From Tubiluchus corallicola (taxonomy: Eukaryota > Animalia > Priapulida), in contig JAQGDQ010000050.1 in assembly GCA_030141605.1 (NCBI GenBank), positions 445,971 to 509,970 on the forward strand: a stretch of DNA of 64,000 nucleotides, given 5' to 3'. The notes beneath the pieces were generated by a model. The model made no database searches. It saw only the letters and a list, made by a program, of their open reading frames with translations, and was not told the DNA's origin. The position numbers and the translations under genes were made by a program. Position 1 is the first letter of the stretch; every line of letters starts with the position of its first letter. Of this stretch, positions 14,695 through 27,363 are shown in pieces.

Positions 14695-14983
14695 AAAGTA
14701 AACAACTTTTATTAAAACTTATGTTAAAAAATGTTTCCAAACGCTTCTACTGCAACCTGCAGTCATCGTCATTGACAGACTACACAAACAAGCAATCAAT
14801 TCCATAGGCGGAGCCTGTACTGTTGAATACGATAATTTCTGTACTATAGGGTCTGCCTGTAAAGCTGGTTGTTTGTTTGTGTACTCTGCCAATGAAGATG
14901 ACTGCAGGCTGCAGTCGAAACATTCAAGACATGTTTTTTAACATTTTATAACTTAACGTTTTAATAAAAGTTGTAATTCTTTT
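14695..14983. repeat. About 290-bp imperfect palindrome of a Penelope-like terminal sequence
   Basis: Arms 14695-14822 and 14841-14983 are reverse complements (roughly 80% by eye). The right arm contains tgaagatgactgcaggctgcagtcgaaac. Confidence 0.85.
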
Positions 14984-16899
14984 TATAATGTTGATAAAAA
15001 CTATTTAATTCGAGAATCAGAAGGAAATTCATCTTCCTGGTGTTCTCTGGGTTTTAGCAGTTTGCCTATATCATTTAGTCTTCCTCAAATCCCTTTTTAA
15101 AACGGGGACATCTTGTGACGTGATTCACAAACTTCGGCTAAGGCTGCTGGTGGCTCTGTCACCTATAACGATGTTACAGGTAACAATTAACTGTTGAACA
15201 TACAAACCGAGCTCTATCAGTTATGTAATGAAAGCTAACATGCAATCCTAAAGCACTAGATACTCAACGCAATTATTAACAGAAACCAAGGACAAAGCAA
15301 TACAGTCATATTTATTGCGCCAACATCACAAGAGCACTCGACAGCTGAATACTCCAGATTTGCTTCAATTTACGATCTGTTATCTCAGTCAAACACCTTT
15401 CCGGACTCTATTGTCTAACGGTAAAGGTCTATTTGATGAAGTCATGAATAGAGAGGACACGTACATGGTCTGCATTGCACAAGTGAAAGTATGAAGTCTA
15501 TAGCGTCCGTTCACTGGGGAAACCCATTTGCAATTTGCTTGGTGCGTGCTGAACAAGCATACAATACATGCTGTAGTCTGAAGACGTGAAAAACCGTCGC
15601 TTAGCAGCTTAGCACCGTTAAGGCAGCAAAAATTAGAGTCAGGTGCTTGGAACAATCATGCTTTCTTGTCTAATTTACAACGTTAAAGGACAAGAAAAGG
15701 GGTACTTGAAGTAGGTTTCAGAAAAATCGCCTTAAAAAATTATATTACTTTACAGCAATTTTATGCGTATACCATATTCGCGGTGAAAGGATTTGTTGTT
15801 TGTTTTCATTTTAAATTTCCCGCAATACTGTTCAGACCGCGGGATTACATAACGACATAAGAGCAACGTAAATCAGGGGAAGAAAATGAAATGTTAAACT
15901 ATGTCCTAAATAACTCCATGCAAAGTTATATTACTTAGCATTTCGCTAGCATTACCTGCTTGGAAGACTTATGTAACTAGAAAAGAAAATTATTAATTAT
16001 TTAAAATGTTTTCACCAATTGGTAAAATGTCGTTGACTCACCTCCAGGGTGCACCACTCACAAACTAAAAACACATTTTTAATCTTATTGACAAGATACA
16101 GTAATTTAACTTAGTTAGTGACGTATGCGCTACGAATGGTCTGATTATTTAATATTCAAGACGTATTTTTAAGCTTCATGTAATTTTTCCCCATGTCTGA
16201 GGCTTTTAAGCCAAAACTGCGTTCGCAAGCATTAAAGCAGGTGGCAAGCAAAAATGGTGCATAGGCTTATTTATAATAATCCCTCGCAAGTTCAAGAGAT
16301 GTCACGAATCCATGCGAAGAACATCTCATCGAACAAATGACAATTAAGAACAGTACACATAACAGGCATTTGGAGTTTTCACAGACATAGAGGAATATAT
16401 CAAGCAAAACCTTAATAATATGTAACACAAGCTACAAATATACTAGAAACGAAACTAATATTAAATTAATCGTAATTTTTCTTCACAAAGTTAGAAATGA
16501 CGATAGCTTGTCACGCTTTTATCTCGTTCGATATTAAAGAACGCATGGCTATTCTTGAACGGAATTGCTCGTCTGCCTATTCTTGATTTGCAAAGAGTAG
16601 CCGCAGCAGAAAATATTACAGACATTGGATTGCCCATTGTGTCAGTGCTCTCATTAAATTCTGCTGAAGAGCTCCATTGCAAATACATGTAGTACAAATC
16701 ACTCCAAGAGAATTGTAGGAGTTGGCAGAACTAGGCGTTGGTCCATTGCCCGTCGTGGCTTCACGCCAGATTTCCTTATGGTGGTCTCGCTTAGCCTTTG
16801 CTTGGCCGAGCTAGCCTGCAAGGCAGCCAATGCTTTTGATTCTGGAACTGCCTTCTCTAACGTTTCCTCTGATGCAAGGGAGCAGAAGTCTTGAATTTT

Positions 16900-17500
16900 C
16901 TTCTCCTCTTCCAAGATTGATGAGCCTCGTCTGCAGAAGTAACTGATTTCGATGCGCCAGTAACCCGCGCGCCTGTCAGTAGAAGCGGCTCTGCTGCAAA
17001 TAGGCCATAAGTTGGAAATACAGTCAAAAGAGGGTTTTAAAGGCAATGAAAGCTGACTGCATTATCACCCTCGTTTATGACAGCATTTGGAGGCCATTGT
17101 AGTATCTAGATATAAGCTTTAAAGGTCAAGGTTTTGGGGTAGTGTCCAATTTTATCCGCAAACAAGATGGTTGTCACTAGCTTATAATAGGAACGTCTGA
17201 GATTAGTTGATATTGCAAATGCCATAGGCTCTAAAAAGGTATCAGCTATGTCAGCATTCCGTACTATTATTGGTTGCTGCTCAACATTTATAGAAAGAGG
17301 AAAAAAAGATGGTTTGGCCCACATAGCAAGCATTTGAGAATGTAACAAAAGCATTTGCATCTCGAAGGGCTAGAACTGAGCGACTGAATGAGCTTCTGTC
17401 TGTGCTGGAAACACTCTTCATAAATAAAGCTTAAAAATCGTCTCGAAATTTTGTATCACCTACGAGCTGTCTTATTGCGCACAGAGCTTTTGTTAGCAGC
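16900..17500 (-). mobile_element. Decayed hAT transposase remnant
   Basis: KLIQS..PSRCKCFCYILKCLL (compare KLIQ..TRWNSTYYMLxRLL), FLEPMAFA and SDVPIIS..P, followed by a weak FP...HRNQL dimerization-like segment. Heavily disrupted. Confidence 0.5.
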
Positions 17501-17864
17501 AACGCTGTTAAACATAAAAATTCAAACTCCCACGATGGCCATTAGGCGTAGTCATTTTAACGGTAAATCAATTGAAACAAGTTTATCAATAACAATTTGA
17601 AAGTTGTAAAGTTTGAAAAAATAATCAGAGTATTCGTAATGCTTCACTGACTAAGCAAATTACTTTATTTTGTCAATACGGGAAGGTAAGTGAATGACAT
17701 TTTAACATTTGGCGCGAACTTTTTAAATTACTAAGAATTTTCTTTTCTAGTTAGATAACTCTTTTAAGCTGGTAAGCATAATGCTAAGTAATATAACATT
17801 GTGTGGATTTTTTTTCTGTCATACTTTAAAATTGCCATTTCTTCCCTTTAAAACGTTTTTTTGT

Positions 17865-19236
17865 GTGACAAGGTTAGCACGTTTGATGTTACTTGACAAA
17901 GTGCATAACGTGTTCAAGGAAAGGAAAGGTCAAAGTGTAGGCAGCTCCTCCATCATCTGTCGCTCTATTGGAGCACACCAGACATGTGATATACCGTATA
18001 TTAGACAAAATATTGTTGGGGCCAGACATTGGTCACTGCCCCAGCTTTACCATCACAATTTGACTAAGGCTGCAGCAACCCATTGAAGTAATATGGTAAC
18101 CGCACTGGATATTAAGCCCTGAAGCATGTGAACAACTATTAAATGTTGCCGATAGCCAACCAATGGGTGCGGTGGCAGATGCAAATGTGTCCAAGCAACT
18201 CTTGTTTGCACAGTTCTGGGTAAATGTGACGGTGAATTGACAGATTGTTTTAGAGGTAACTTTGTATACCAGAATATATCAGAATGTGTGATGTGCTACA
18301 ATTCAATTTATCCAATTAAGGATCAATACAATGTCCTAAATACCCTAAATATTTGACGTTTAAAATCTATAATTGTCTGCATACTAAACTCGGCGTCCTA
18401 TCTCCATTAGAATATGCAATATACACGTAACTAGTATGTTTCACAAGCGGCTGCGGTCATCTTGGCAGCCTAAGTGAGATGATATCACAGGTGTTTTTAA
18501 GCATCAGGTGTGGATTCCTTCGCCTTGAAAATCTACATTTAGATGCCAAAACATCATTTTATCTGCTTTAATGACTAAGGTATGACCTTTGTATGCTAGC
18601 GTGGAGGTCAACCACTTTGATGTCATCTTGAAACTGGCGGCCATATTGGAGATTTTAGATTGGCCCCATATCCCAAACTAATCACTCTGATGGGTTCTAG
18701 CATTGTGCAATGTTTCACAACTTCTAGGCGAATTGAGCAATTTTTCACCATTTTGCTGTATGTCGGGAACCCAGCGACCAGTTCTTTGTTTTTGAACTGT
18801 TTCAGTCTCTTTGCATCCTTTTTGGAGTCTAGTAGCAGCTTTTAGATTTAACGTGATCGATGCGAAAAAACAATTACTTTTCGTCTTTATACTACGTCTA
18901 GGCGAAACTGCTAAAATAATTGCATGATCTGCAAATGGTTTTGTATGGCGGCCATGTTGAAAACGGAGGCCATTTTTATTATCATATTTTTAATCTATAC
19001 CTTGGAATAGATGTCATAATAATCTCTTAATATTAATTTTCTAGGAAAAGCTTTCGATTTACATGGTAATCTGGCGTCCGTTTTTTTGCTTTTCTGACCA
19101 ATTTCCACAAATTTTTCAAGCTGGCAGTCCTTTTTTAAGGATTTAACACAATCAAATTGGTACGCTTGCCTTGCCTACTTTTAGAAAAAAACGCCACTAG
19201 GACTTTATAGAGGCACCTTCTCAGGATTCTCTTCTA
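17865..19236 (+). mobile_element. Academ-type DNA transposon, 3' part (transposase C-terminus and subterminal region)
   Basis: Decayed APPSSVALLEHTRHVIY..YCWGQTLVTAPALPS...PEACEQLLKC...GCGGRCKCVQATLVCTVLxKCDGE, the LPPT...Cys-rich C-terminal motif. Followed by repeated ggcggccat(a/g)ttg motifs and a terminus ending ...ttctcttcta. Confidence 0.7.
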
Positions 19237-19379
19237 GTATAATACCTTTGTTCTGTGACGTTTTGTAGTAAGTCATTGTGATGGCGAAATTAAGGATTAA
19301 AAACAGGCAAACAGACAAGGGCAACGAAAGAGATCGAGGTTGCAGACATAATTAATGATACTTGAAACACTCAACTCAC

Positions 19380-19447
19380 CTATGATAGGCTCCTTTGTTC
19401 GTGTAGCATTTTGGTTAGCTGGATGTTCAGTTGTTGTATCCACATTA
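19380..19447 (-). CDS. Candidate downstream linker exon of the GPSM-like gene
   Basis: Strong polypyrimidine acceptor (tttgtttttgcttttctag|) and tag|gtgagt donor. 68 bp, open in phase 2 to 1 and so compatible with the exon ending at 41388. Translates NVDTTTEHPANQNATRTKEPII(G). No homology evidence. Confidence 0.35.
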
Positions 19448-20199
19448 CTAGAAAAGCAAAAACAAATGTCGAATCACTATAATGATACTATTACAAAAAG
19501 TAAATTGATTCAATCGAAAAAAGTTTGATCTAAAACTTAAGAGTTAAGAATGGTGAAGTTATAAGGAGAAGGCGAAAAACCACTAAACTCAACCACCGCA
19601 AAAATGTACTTTTTACTTTGGGAATACTAAAACACACATGAGAGACTCTGACGTTAAAAGTGGGATGTTTTCTGCTAATGAGGTACATCACATATAAGCA
19701 GGCACTGTCGCGCATCTAAGAATGTTTGGCTGAGGGAGTGCAACAAAACAAAATTAAAGAGATAAACTTTCGCGATGATTAAGTTTTTAATACACATCAT
19801 TCTTAAAATGATATTTTGTTTTTCAACATTTTGTATCTTACATTGCTTTAAACTAAGCTCTTAAATTGGGTACTGTTTTTCTTTAAGTGTAAGCCATTCT
19901 AGAAGGGCTGTACTTTCCCTTTCAATATTTTAGATCTGAGATAATTTGGGCTGGTCTAAAGTTGGTGCTATTTTCCTTTAATTTTAGGCAGTGTCCAAAA
20001 GCCGTTCAGTCCTTGACTATGTGAAAACACGGTCAATATTACTAATTTTATTAGTGTAAAAATTGAATGAAACTCGTTGCATCCACAAGCCAGAAGTAGA
20101 GGGAATCTTAACATGAGTAGAATACAGAGTCTAAAACACGAGATCTGCTCCAATAAGAGGGAAAGGATAACAAGAAAAATTACGTGTACATGCATCCTC

Positions 20200-21002
20200 T
20201 GGGCTGCAATTCCATTAAGAATCTTCGTGACGAGAAACGATGATTCCTAGGTTTGTTTTCAACAAAAGAATTTTGCGTCATAAATCTGTTTGGGAAATTT
20301 ATTATGGGCTTCATTTCAATGGTTGATACTCTCGTCAATTCTCGCCTCAGTAGAGAAAAGAACGTTGTCTAGGCAACGGGCGAAGAGGCAACGGTCAAGA
20401 TTGAAGCAAAAATTCCTTGACGTGATGATATGGCTACGCAAACCCCCAAAGACTGCATTTAGCGTCATTCTAGAACAATAAAACCGCACATACATGCAGC
20501 AATGAAAAAAGTAAGAAAATGTCCTTAGTTGCGCTTCCTAGGACAAACAGGAGACTTCTTTCTTGTTTAGCGAATAACACATTTCAGCATAAAATTTTAA
20601 GATTTAATCTCTCTCTTAACAGATAGACGATTTTATGTTTCATTCATGCAACAGCGGTCGTCTTTCAAATGTGCAAGCAAAGTTGCAACGCCTCCACCGT
20701 GTTGTCTTGTTCCATTAATTGGGCGCACGTAATAACGACGGTACTTAATACTATCGTAATAATAGTAAGCTCTTAATAACAACATGATGTCGTTTTGGTT
20801 GTCTATGATGACGAGTAACAGTAACAGTAAGCCTGCCTCTCGCAAAGTGCTGAAGGTAACTAGATGCGCGGTTTCACTATGAAATAAACTTTCTTACTGT
20901 ATGGGATTTTGAGAAAAAATTGGAAATTTTCTGAAGTTTTCTGATTTTCTGACAGCAATTACTTGCGTCACTTTTCTTGCGTGCTCACTATGAAATGGGC
21001 CT
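20200..21002 (-). mobile_element. Internally deleted PIF/Harbinger transposon
   Basis: Minus-strand RRYYVRPINGTRQHGGGVATLLAHLKDD matches the Harbinger transposase N-terminal RxWVRPINxxR motif. Right end tgaaatgggcc|taa resembles a Harbinger TIR plus TWA target. Left boundary is approximate. Confidence 0.65.
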
Positions 21003-22334
21003 AAAAAAATTTAGAAATTTCTGAAAATTATTGTCTGCAAAGTGAATTCTTCTACACGTAACAGATTTTAAATTGTCAATATTTTTTCCAACATCTAGTG
21101 ATGGTAAATTATGTATTTGACTTCCACGGCTAGGATGCTTCATCATGACCCTTGATGACCCTTGCATAAGAGAAAAATGGCAGCATTTTGGGCCTGGTCT
21201 TCTCATTGGCGATTTGTTGCTTTCGAGATCACCGGAGAAAGAGCAAGAGAAAAATCCTCATTGGTAGACCTTTAGCTATTTCTTTTACCTAATAGTAGGA
21301 CTATTATAGTGGGTGTAACAAATCTGCATTTTATAATTCTGTCTTGCTTCCTTGCTGAGATTTTTTATATTGAAAAAAGGCTTAGGTCACAACAAAGTAT
21401 CATCATCGGTATAAGGATCAAATTATCGCTGTTTGTACATTGACTTCCTGCAGGAAGAAAGCTTCAGAAACTTATGACAGATTAAATACAAAACATAGCC
21501 CGTATGTTTGAGTAACGATAGCCTATAGGTCTACTATAGTTCTCATTGTCGTCATCGCCACCGTCGCCTCGTCTGCAATTATACAGGTTGCTTACTTTTA
21601 AAACGAGAATTAGACAAAATTATTTCAGTTTTTCTATAATGTCACTTCATATTTTAAGCATACGTATATTTACCCTATTTTCTAATGTTTTAAGATTTCA
21701 AGATTTAATTTAGTTCTAGGCAGCTTTTAAACATTTAAAGATTTATGCGCATATGTAACACCTTAAGACTGTAACTCAATCAAAATTGCATGTTTTAAAG
21801 CTGTCTAACTGATTGGGCCCAAAATGGCAATGCGACCGCATGAGTTAAAGGTCACATCAAGAGGAAATAGAAAAGAACGAAAGAATGGAGATGGATGAAA
21901 AGGAGGAAAGTGGAAATAAGACACTAAAGAAGCCTTGTCGATGTAAAAGCCGATGCTACGCCGACAACGATGACGACCATGGCAATGATGATAATGACAA
22001 TACAATAATTATGATGATTATTTTCATGTCTGTTGTCGTCATTATCACCATATTACTAATATGCTACCAGAAGTCTTAGTCTTCAAGGGAAAAAAATCTC
22101 TGAAGATTTTCTTCACTTTCATCCTAGGCAATTCCTTTCATAACTCAACAAGGCAATAGTATTCGAGTGAATTCTGGATTAAGAAATCAAAACAACCGTT
22201 TCTCTCTCAATATACGCTTCCGATACTCAACTGATTATACGCAGCGTGTATGGATCGAATGCAATAAGAACAGATTTAACAGCAAGAGTATCGAAAGTAT
22301 AATACCATATCGTGGAGTTACAAGGTGATCACCC

Positions 22335-22545
22335 TTTCGCCAGTTTGCATTTCGTCAATGTTACACATCGATAGTAAATCACATCCATTCGCCAGTGCTA
22401 TCACTTCAACTGCATCACTTCAACTTCACTTCAACTGCAAGTGTATCATTTAGCTAGTGGATATTAGAAATAGTACAGAACATACATTTACAGTGCTACA
22501 CTGATGAAATGAGACACGAAGAAAAGATAGACTGGCGAAATTGTT
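22335..22545. repeat. Fold-back copy of the ctggcgaa repeat family
   Basis: ttcgccagt motifs (22336, 22388) face gaaaagatagactggcgaaatt (22521-22542), which also occurs in the 59 kb array. Confidence 0.7.
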
Positions 22546-24067
22546 GATCAGAAACAGGAACAAGAGATCAGAAAATATTATGGTGACGCAATATTAGTAA
22601 AATAGTTACAGCAATAAATAATGAATAAAATTTTGAGCAAGTGTATCAACTCAATTACCTCTGCTAATATAACAAAATTCAGGAGAAGAAAGGAAAAGAT
22701 GGATATGTTTTTCCCCGCACAGTTTTATATTATCTTGTTTTATCATTTCCACTTGACTGCATACGAAACTGTGCGTGAAATGTGGATAAAGGCTTCATAT
22801 TTTTATCTTATACAACGAACAACTACACCACGATGATGATGATGATGATGATGAGAATGAGAATGATAATATATGCTGTCAAAAACTTGTTGTTGCTTAC
22901 CACAATACATATCTCTGGTGTTATAAAACCATTTCCAGAATCTAAGTAGAAAAAGTAGCAAAAGAGGGAATGCCAGGAAGAGTGTTAGTATGTTAGTATT
23001 CCTTTTGAAAGCTAGTTCACACAGTAGATCACACAGAGGTATATTTAAGGCACGCCAAATCCGAGGCGTGAGAAATAAGTATTTACAACACATACAAAGG
23101 AGACATTATAGCACTACAGACATCAATGAACAGCACTATTGTTGCACTACGCTAAAATTATATTTGAACTAACAGAAGATAGCGAAGTTGAAGATTCGAA
23201 ACAAAGTTGACCGCAAACCGTTTATATTGTCATTTGTAAAATTATATCTAAAGCAAACCGCTTGCATTAGCATTGTTAGTTAAAATTTAATTAAATTTTA
23301 AACAATTTTATTGAAGTGATTTCCCCAAAAAAGATAAGCGGTCCGTAAACAACAACAATCAATCAATTATGGCAAGCCAGAAAACGTCGACGCTGTTTAC
23401 TCAGACATCGCAAATTTCTCCAGCTTCGTGCAGATTTCCGTCAATCGGAAAGAACATATCCGGCTTTTAAATAAAAGTGTATTAAGTTAGCAGTTGCCTT
23501 AGGCTTTTCGGTCCTCCGTAGAATTTTAACAGAGTAAATGTCAAACAAATAAACCCAAAACATCTTCTTTATATTACGATCACATGAGAATTTTATATTG
23601 CGGTACAAATATCAATACAATTATTCGTGTTTCTAAGGCTCGGGCATGTAACCTTATGTATGGTTACTTGATTCAAGTTAAAAATGTTCAAATCAACGTT
23701 TGAAATTTTCAAGGTCTACTATCATTTGCGATACAAAATACAAAATTTAATATTTTGTTTTTTGTATATAATTGTCTCTACTAATTGTTATGTTCCTTTA
23801 CTAGATGTAAATGCTCGTTAGGCGTATCATTTATTATTTATTAACTTTGTTTATTGATAAAGTACAATAAAAGCCCCGTACTTGCAGGTGAAACGTGCAC
23901 AATTAAAATGTAAAAACTATTTAAAATGACAGAATTTAACATCAAAGAGATAATTGGGAAGTTAAACAGTACAATAAAATAAAACACAAATTTAAGACAC
24001 TTAAAAAATTGAACATAAAGGATGCAGATGACAGATAATCAAAGTCCACTGTGATAGTTTACAGAGT

Positions 24068-24070
<3 letters not shown>

Positions 24071-24113
<43 letters not shown>
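24071..24113. repeat. (TA)n microsatellite
   Basis: Read directly. Confidence 0.97.
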
Positions 24114-24115
<2 letters not shown>

Positions 24116-24921
24116 TTTTCCTATAATAGCATTTATATAGATACAACTTTAGGCTCATTTAGTAGAGATTACAGAATGCTATGAGGAATTCAATACGAAA
24201 GAGTTTTATGAATGCACTAAGTTCGGGTCTCTGCTAGTATAGATCTTACTAATATCTTGTATTAGTCTGTATTGTATTCGTATTAAGCCTAAGTATGAAA
24301 CTGCTTAAAAGAAACGTGTTTTGATTTTCTGCGTTTAGACAGCTTTATGCTTGAGCTTCAAAAAAAAATTTACGCGAAAGCGATATTTTAAATGTTAATT
24401 GTGAAAGCTGCATTAACTTTCGAGCAATTTTGATCCTAGGTGACCTTAGATCAACCTTGTTAAGGTCCTGAGCTAATAATATTAGTTACACTACTTTCAT
24501 CTCTAAAAAGTTAATAACTACAAATAGAGGTAACAAGCTGAATTAAATGATTTAAGGTGTTGTTGTAACAAGATTATTAGTTTTCATTTCGGCAAAGATT
24601 TCGACCAAACAACATTCATATTTAATTATATTAAGAAACGTTGACAAGACAAAGAAGCCAGAAGTTTACAAGAGAAATGACAGAGTAATTCACAGACGAT
24701 TTTTTCATCGAAAAAAGATGATTTAGCGGACACTGAAATGTCGCGAGTTGCGCAAGAGATTCTATAATGGATAAAACAAAGTATAATATATTACAGCGAA
24801 ACATCGTAAAATGGTTTCTCTATGAAAATGAACAATATAAACAAGAAGCTGGCCGTTATTTAGGAAGCACAATAGCGTCGGAATTTGTATACTAGCATGC
24901 ATCCTCAAGCTCTCTCTTTTT

Positions 24922-25119
<198 letters not shown>

Positions 25120-27213
25120 TCTTTCTTTCCCCTCCTTTATACAGACGCAATTAAAACGTGCGCTATGTGATCATATTTGCCCATTTTATGCTCTTTACTA
25201 CGCTTCAATGCTTGCTTTTAATGCAACAACAAAAACAAATGTAAATTTTATATATAGCTCTCGAGAGGGTACTAGACTGATAAAAGCCCTTTTTCGAAAA
25301 CTTTTAATGCAGCCTGGAAAGTAGCAAATCATGCCAAATGATAATAATTATGAATTTCAGGAGGTCACGGAGGTATAGTATGTCACTTTTAATTCCTGTG
25401 GTACAAATTCTTAATACGTGTATGTAACATTCATTTTAGTCACTGAGAAAATAATAATGGTGATAATGATGATGATAACAACGATGATGATGATGTAGTG
25501 ATGTGTGTGGTGACGATGATGATGATGACAACAACCGCGACGCCTTGCCAATGCTGGGAATATCTTTGTATAATATAATGGATAAGCTCTATTTTAAACA
25601 GTGCTGTTATTGTTTGTGGCGGTATAAACTCTGATGTGTTATCAGAGTCACTGTTAAAAAACAGGCGAAAGATGTTACCTGATGATTTCAAGCTGTAAAT
25701 TTTTAGGTAAGGTATTTTTAATATGTATTTTAGAGTTTTAGTTGCTAATTTTAATCTGTTTTATGAATAACTTTCATGTGCATTGTAAATAAATGTATTG
25801 TGGTAATATATGTACTAAATTAAATAAAATGTAAATCTAAATCTAACATTAGCACGAGTTTTTTAAGCTTCAGGAAAAACCGCTGTTACTGCTGCTGATT
25901 TGCCGCTGTTGCTGTTGCTGCTGCTACTGTTGTCGTTGCTGCTGCCATTGCTGTTGTTGTTGTATGTAGCCAATGCCGTAGTTGCTTATGCTTATTGTCA
26001 CTAAGTTAATCTAGCATGTGCAATCGATTTCTTCTATGTTATAACGGAGATATGAAACTTTAGCAGCAACCTCTTTCGCTTGCCACTAGCGACGTGACAA
26101 GAAGTCTAATATACGCTGATGTGACCTAATTCAAACTGTCCGCAATTGTCGCAGTGTGAACTAGAAATAAGCCCAACTGATACGAATGTTTAATGACAAC
26201 TGCAATCATAGGGCGGACTGATGGAATCCAAACGAGGAGATGGACGAGGAAGCCAAGCGGTAATGAGGCTGATGAGCAAGCGAGGTTGTTGATGTCATGG
26301 CTAACGCTATTGACAGTGGAGAAGCTGATAAATCTTTCACAAGCCCAATCAATCTTAACGAGACAGGTCACTCGAGTAATAAACGCAGTTGCATGAAGAC
26401 AATTAAACTTGGAGTAGATTGAAAGTCACCACGGATGGTTTATAGGTTGATCTAAGATCGAAAATGTCATTTTTATTTGGTATAACATCCTGTTTGAATG
26501 CGTACTGCGTTATACTCTTGTCTTTTTGTTTGTTAGTTTGTAGTCTTGTTTTTGGTACGAATCGAGTCGATGTACTCTTAATTCTTACAAAAATTACTCC
26601 GGAAATCGAATGAACTTAACATATAATCCACTCGGGGAAGCATGTGTTATGATAAAGCACATTAACTTTTATTGCTAGCACAGATCTTTGCACTGAAATT
26701 TAGTGACGTAGATGCAACAGTTCTTGACCTACGCTGTGCGTGCATACGGTCCTTCCCTCGTTTAAATCAAATATGCTCGGCCATTATGATTCGAGCTCAT
26801 TGGAAATCGTGTACGCTCTTAAAGAGCTAATTCTGATAAGGAAATTATTATTGGCTTCGTATACTGGTCTCAATAACTGACCATTATATTGATGATGCTA
26901 ATCAGAAAAACAGGTCAATGTTCTGGCAGTCAATTGAACTAATTATTGCTGAGTATAGGATATTGCTTGAAGCATTAAGCTACGTAGTCCTATAATGAAC
27001 GTTTGGTTAGCCTTCCAGTTCCTTAAATCACGTTAATGTAATTAGATGGATTTGTAAAACACAACTTGGTTTGCTTTTATATTTTGATTACAGGAAGTAA
27101 AAGCCTGAAAATTAAATTAACTGAAACTGGGAAATTTGAAAACTGAGACAGTTTTTATAGATATCTTGAATAAGGTTGGATAACAGAAAAAAGAAAAACA
27201 GGGAAAAGAAGAA

Positions 27214-27363
<150 letters not shown>

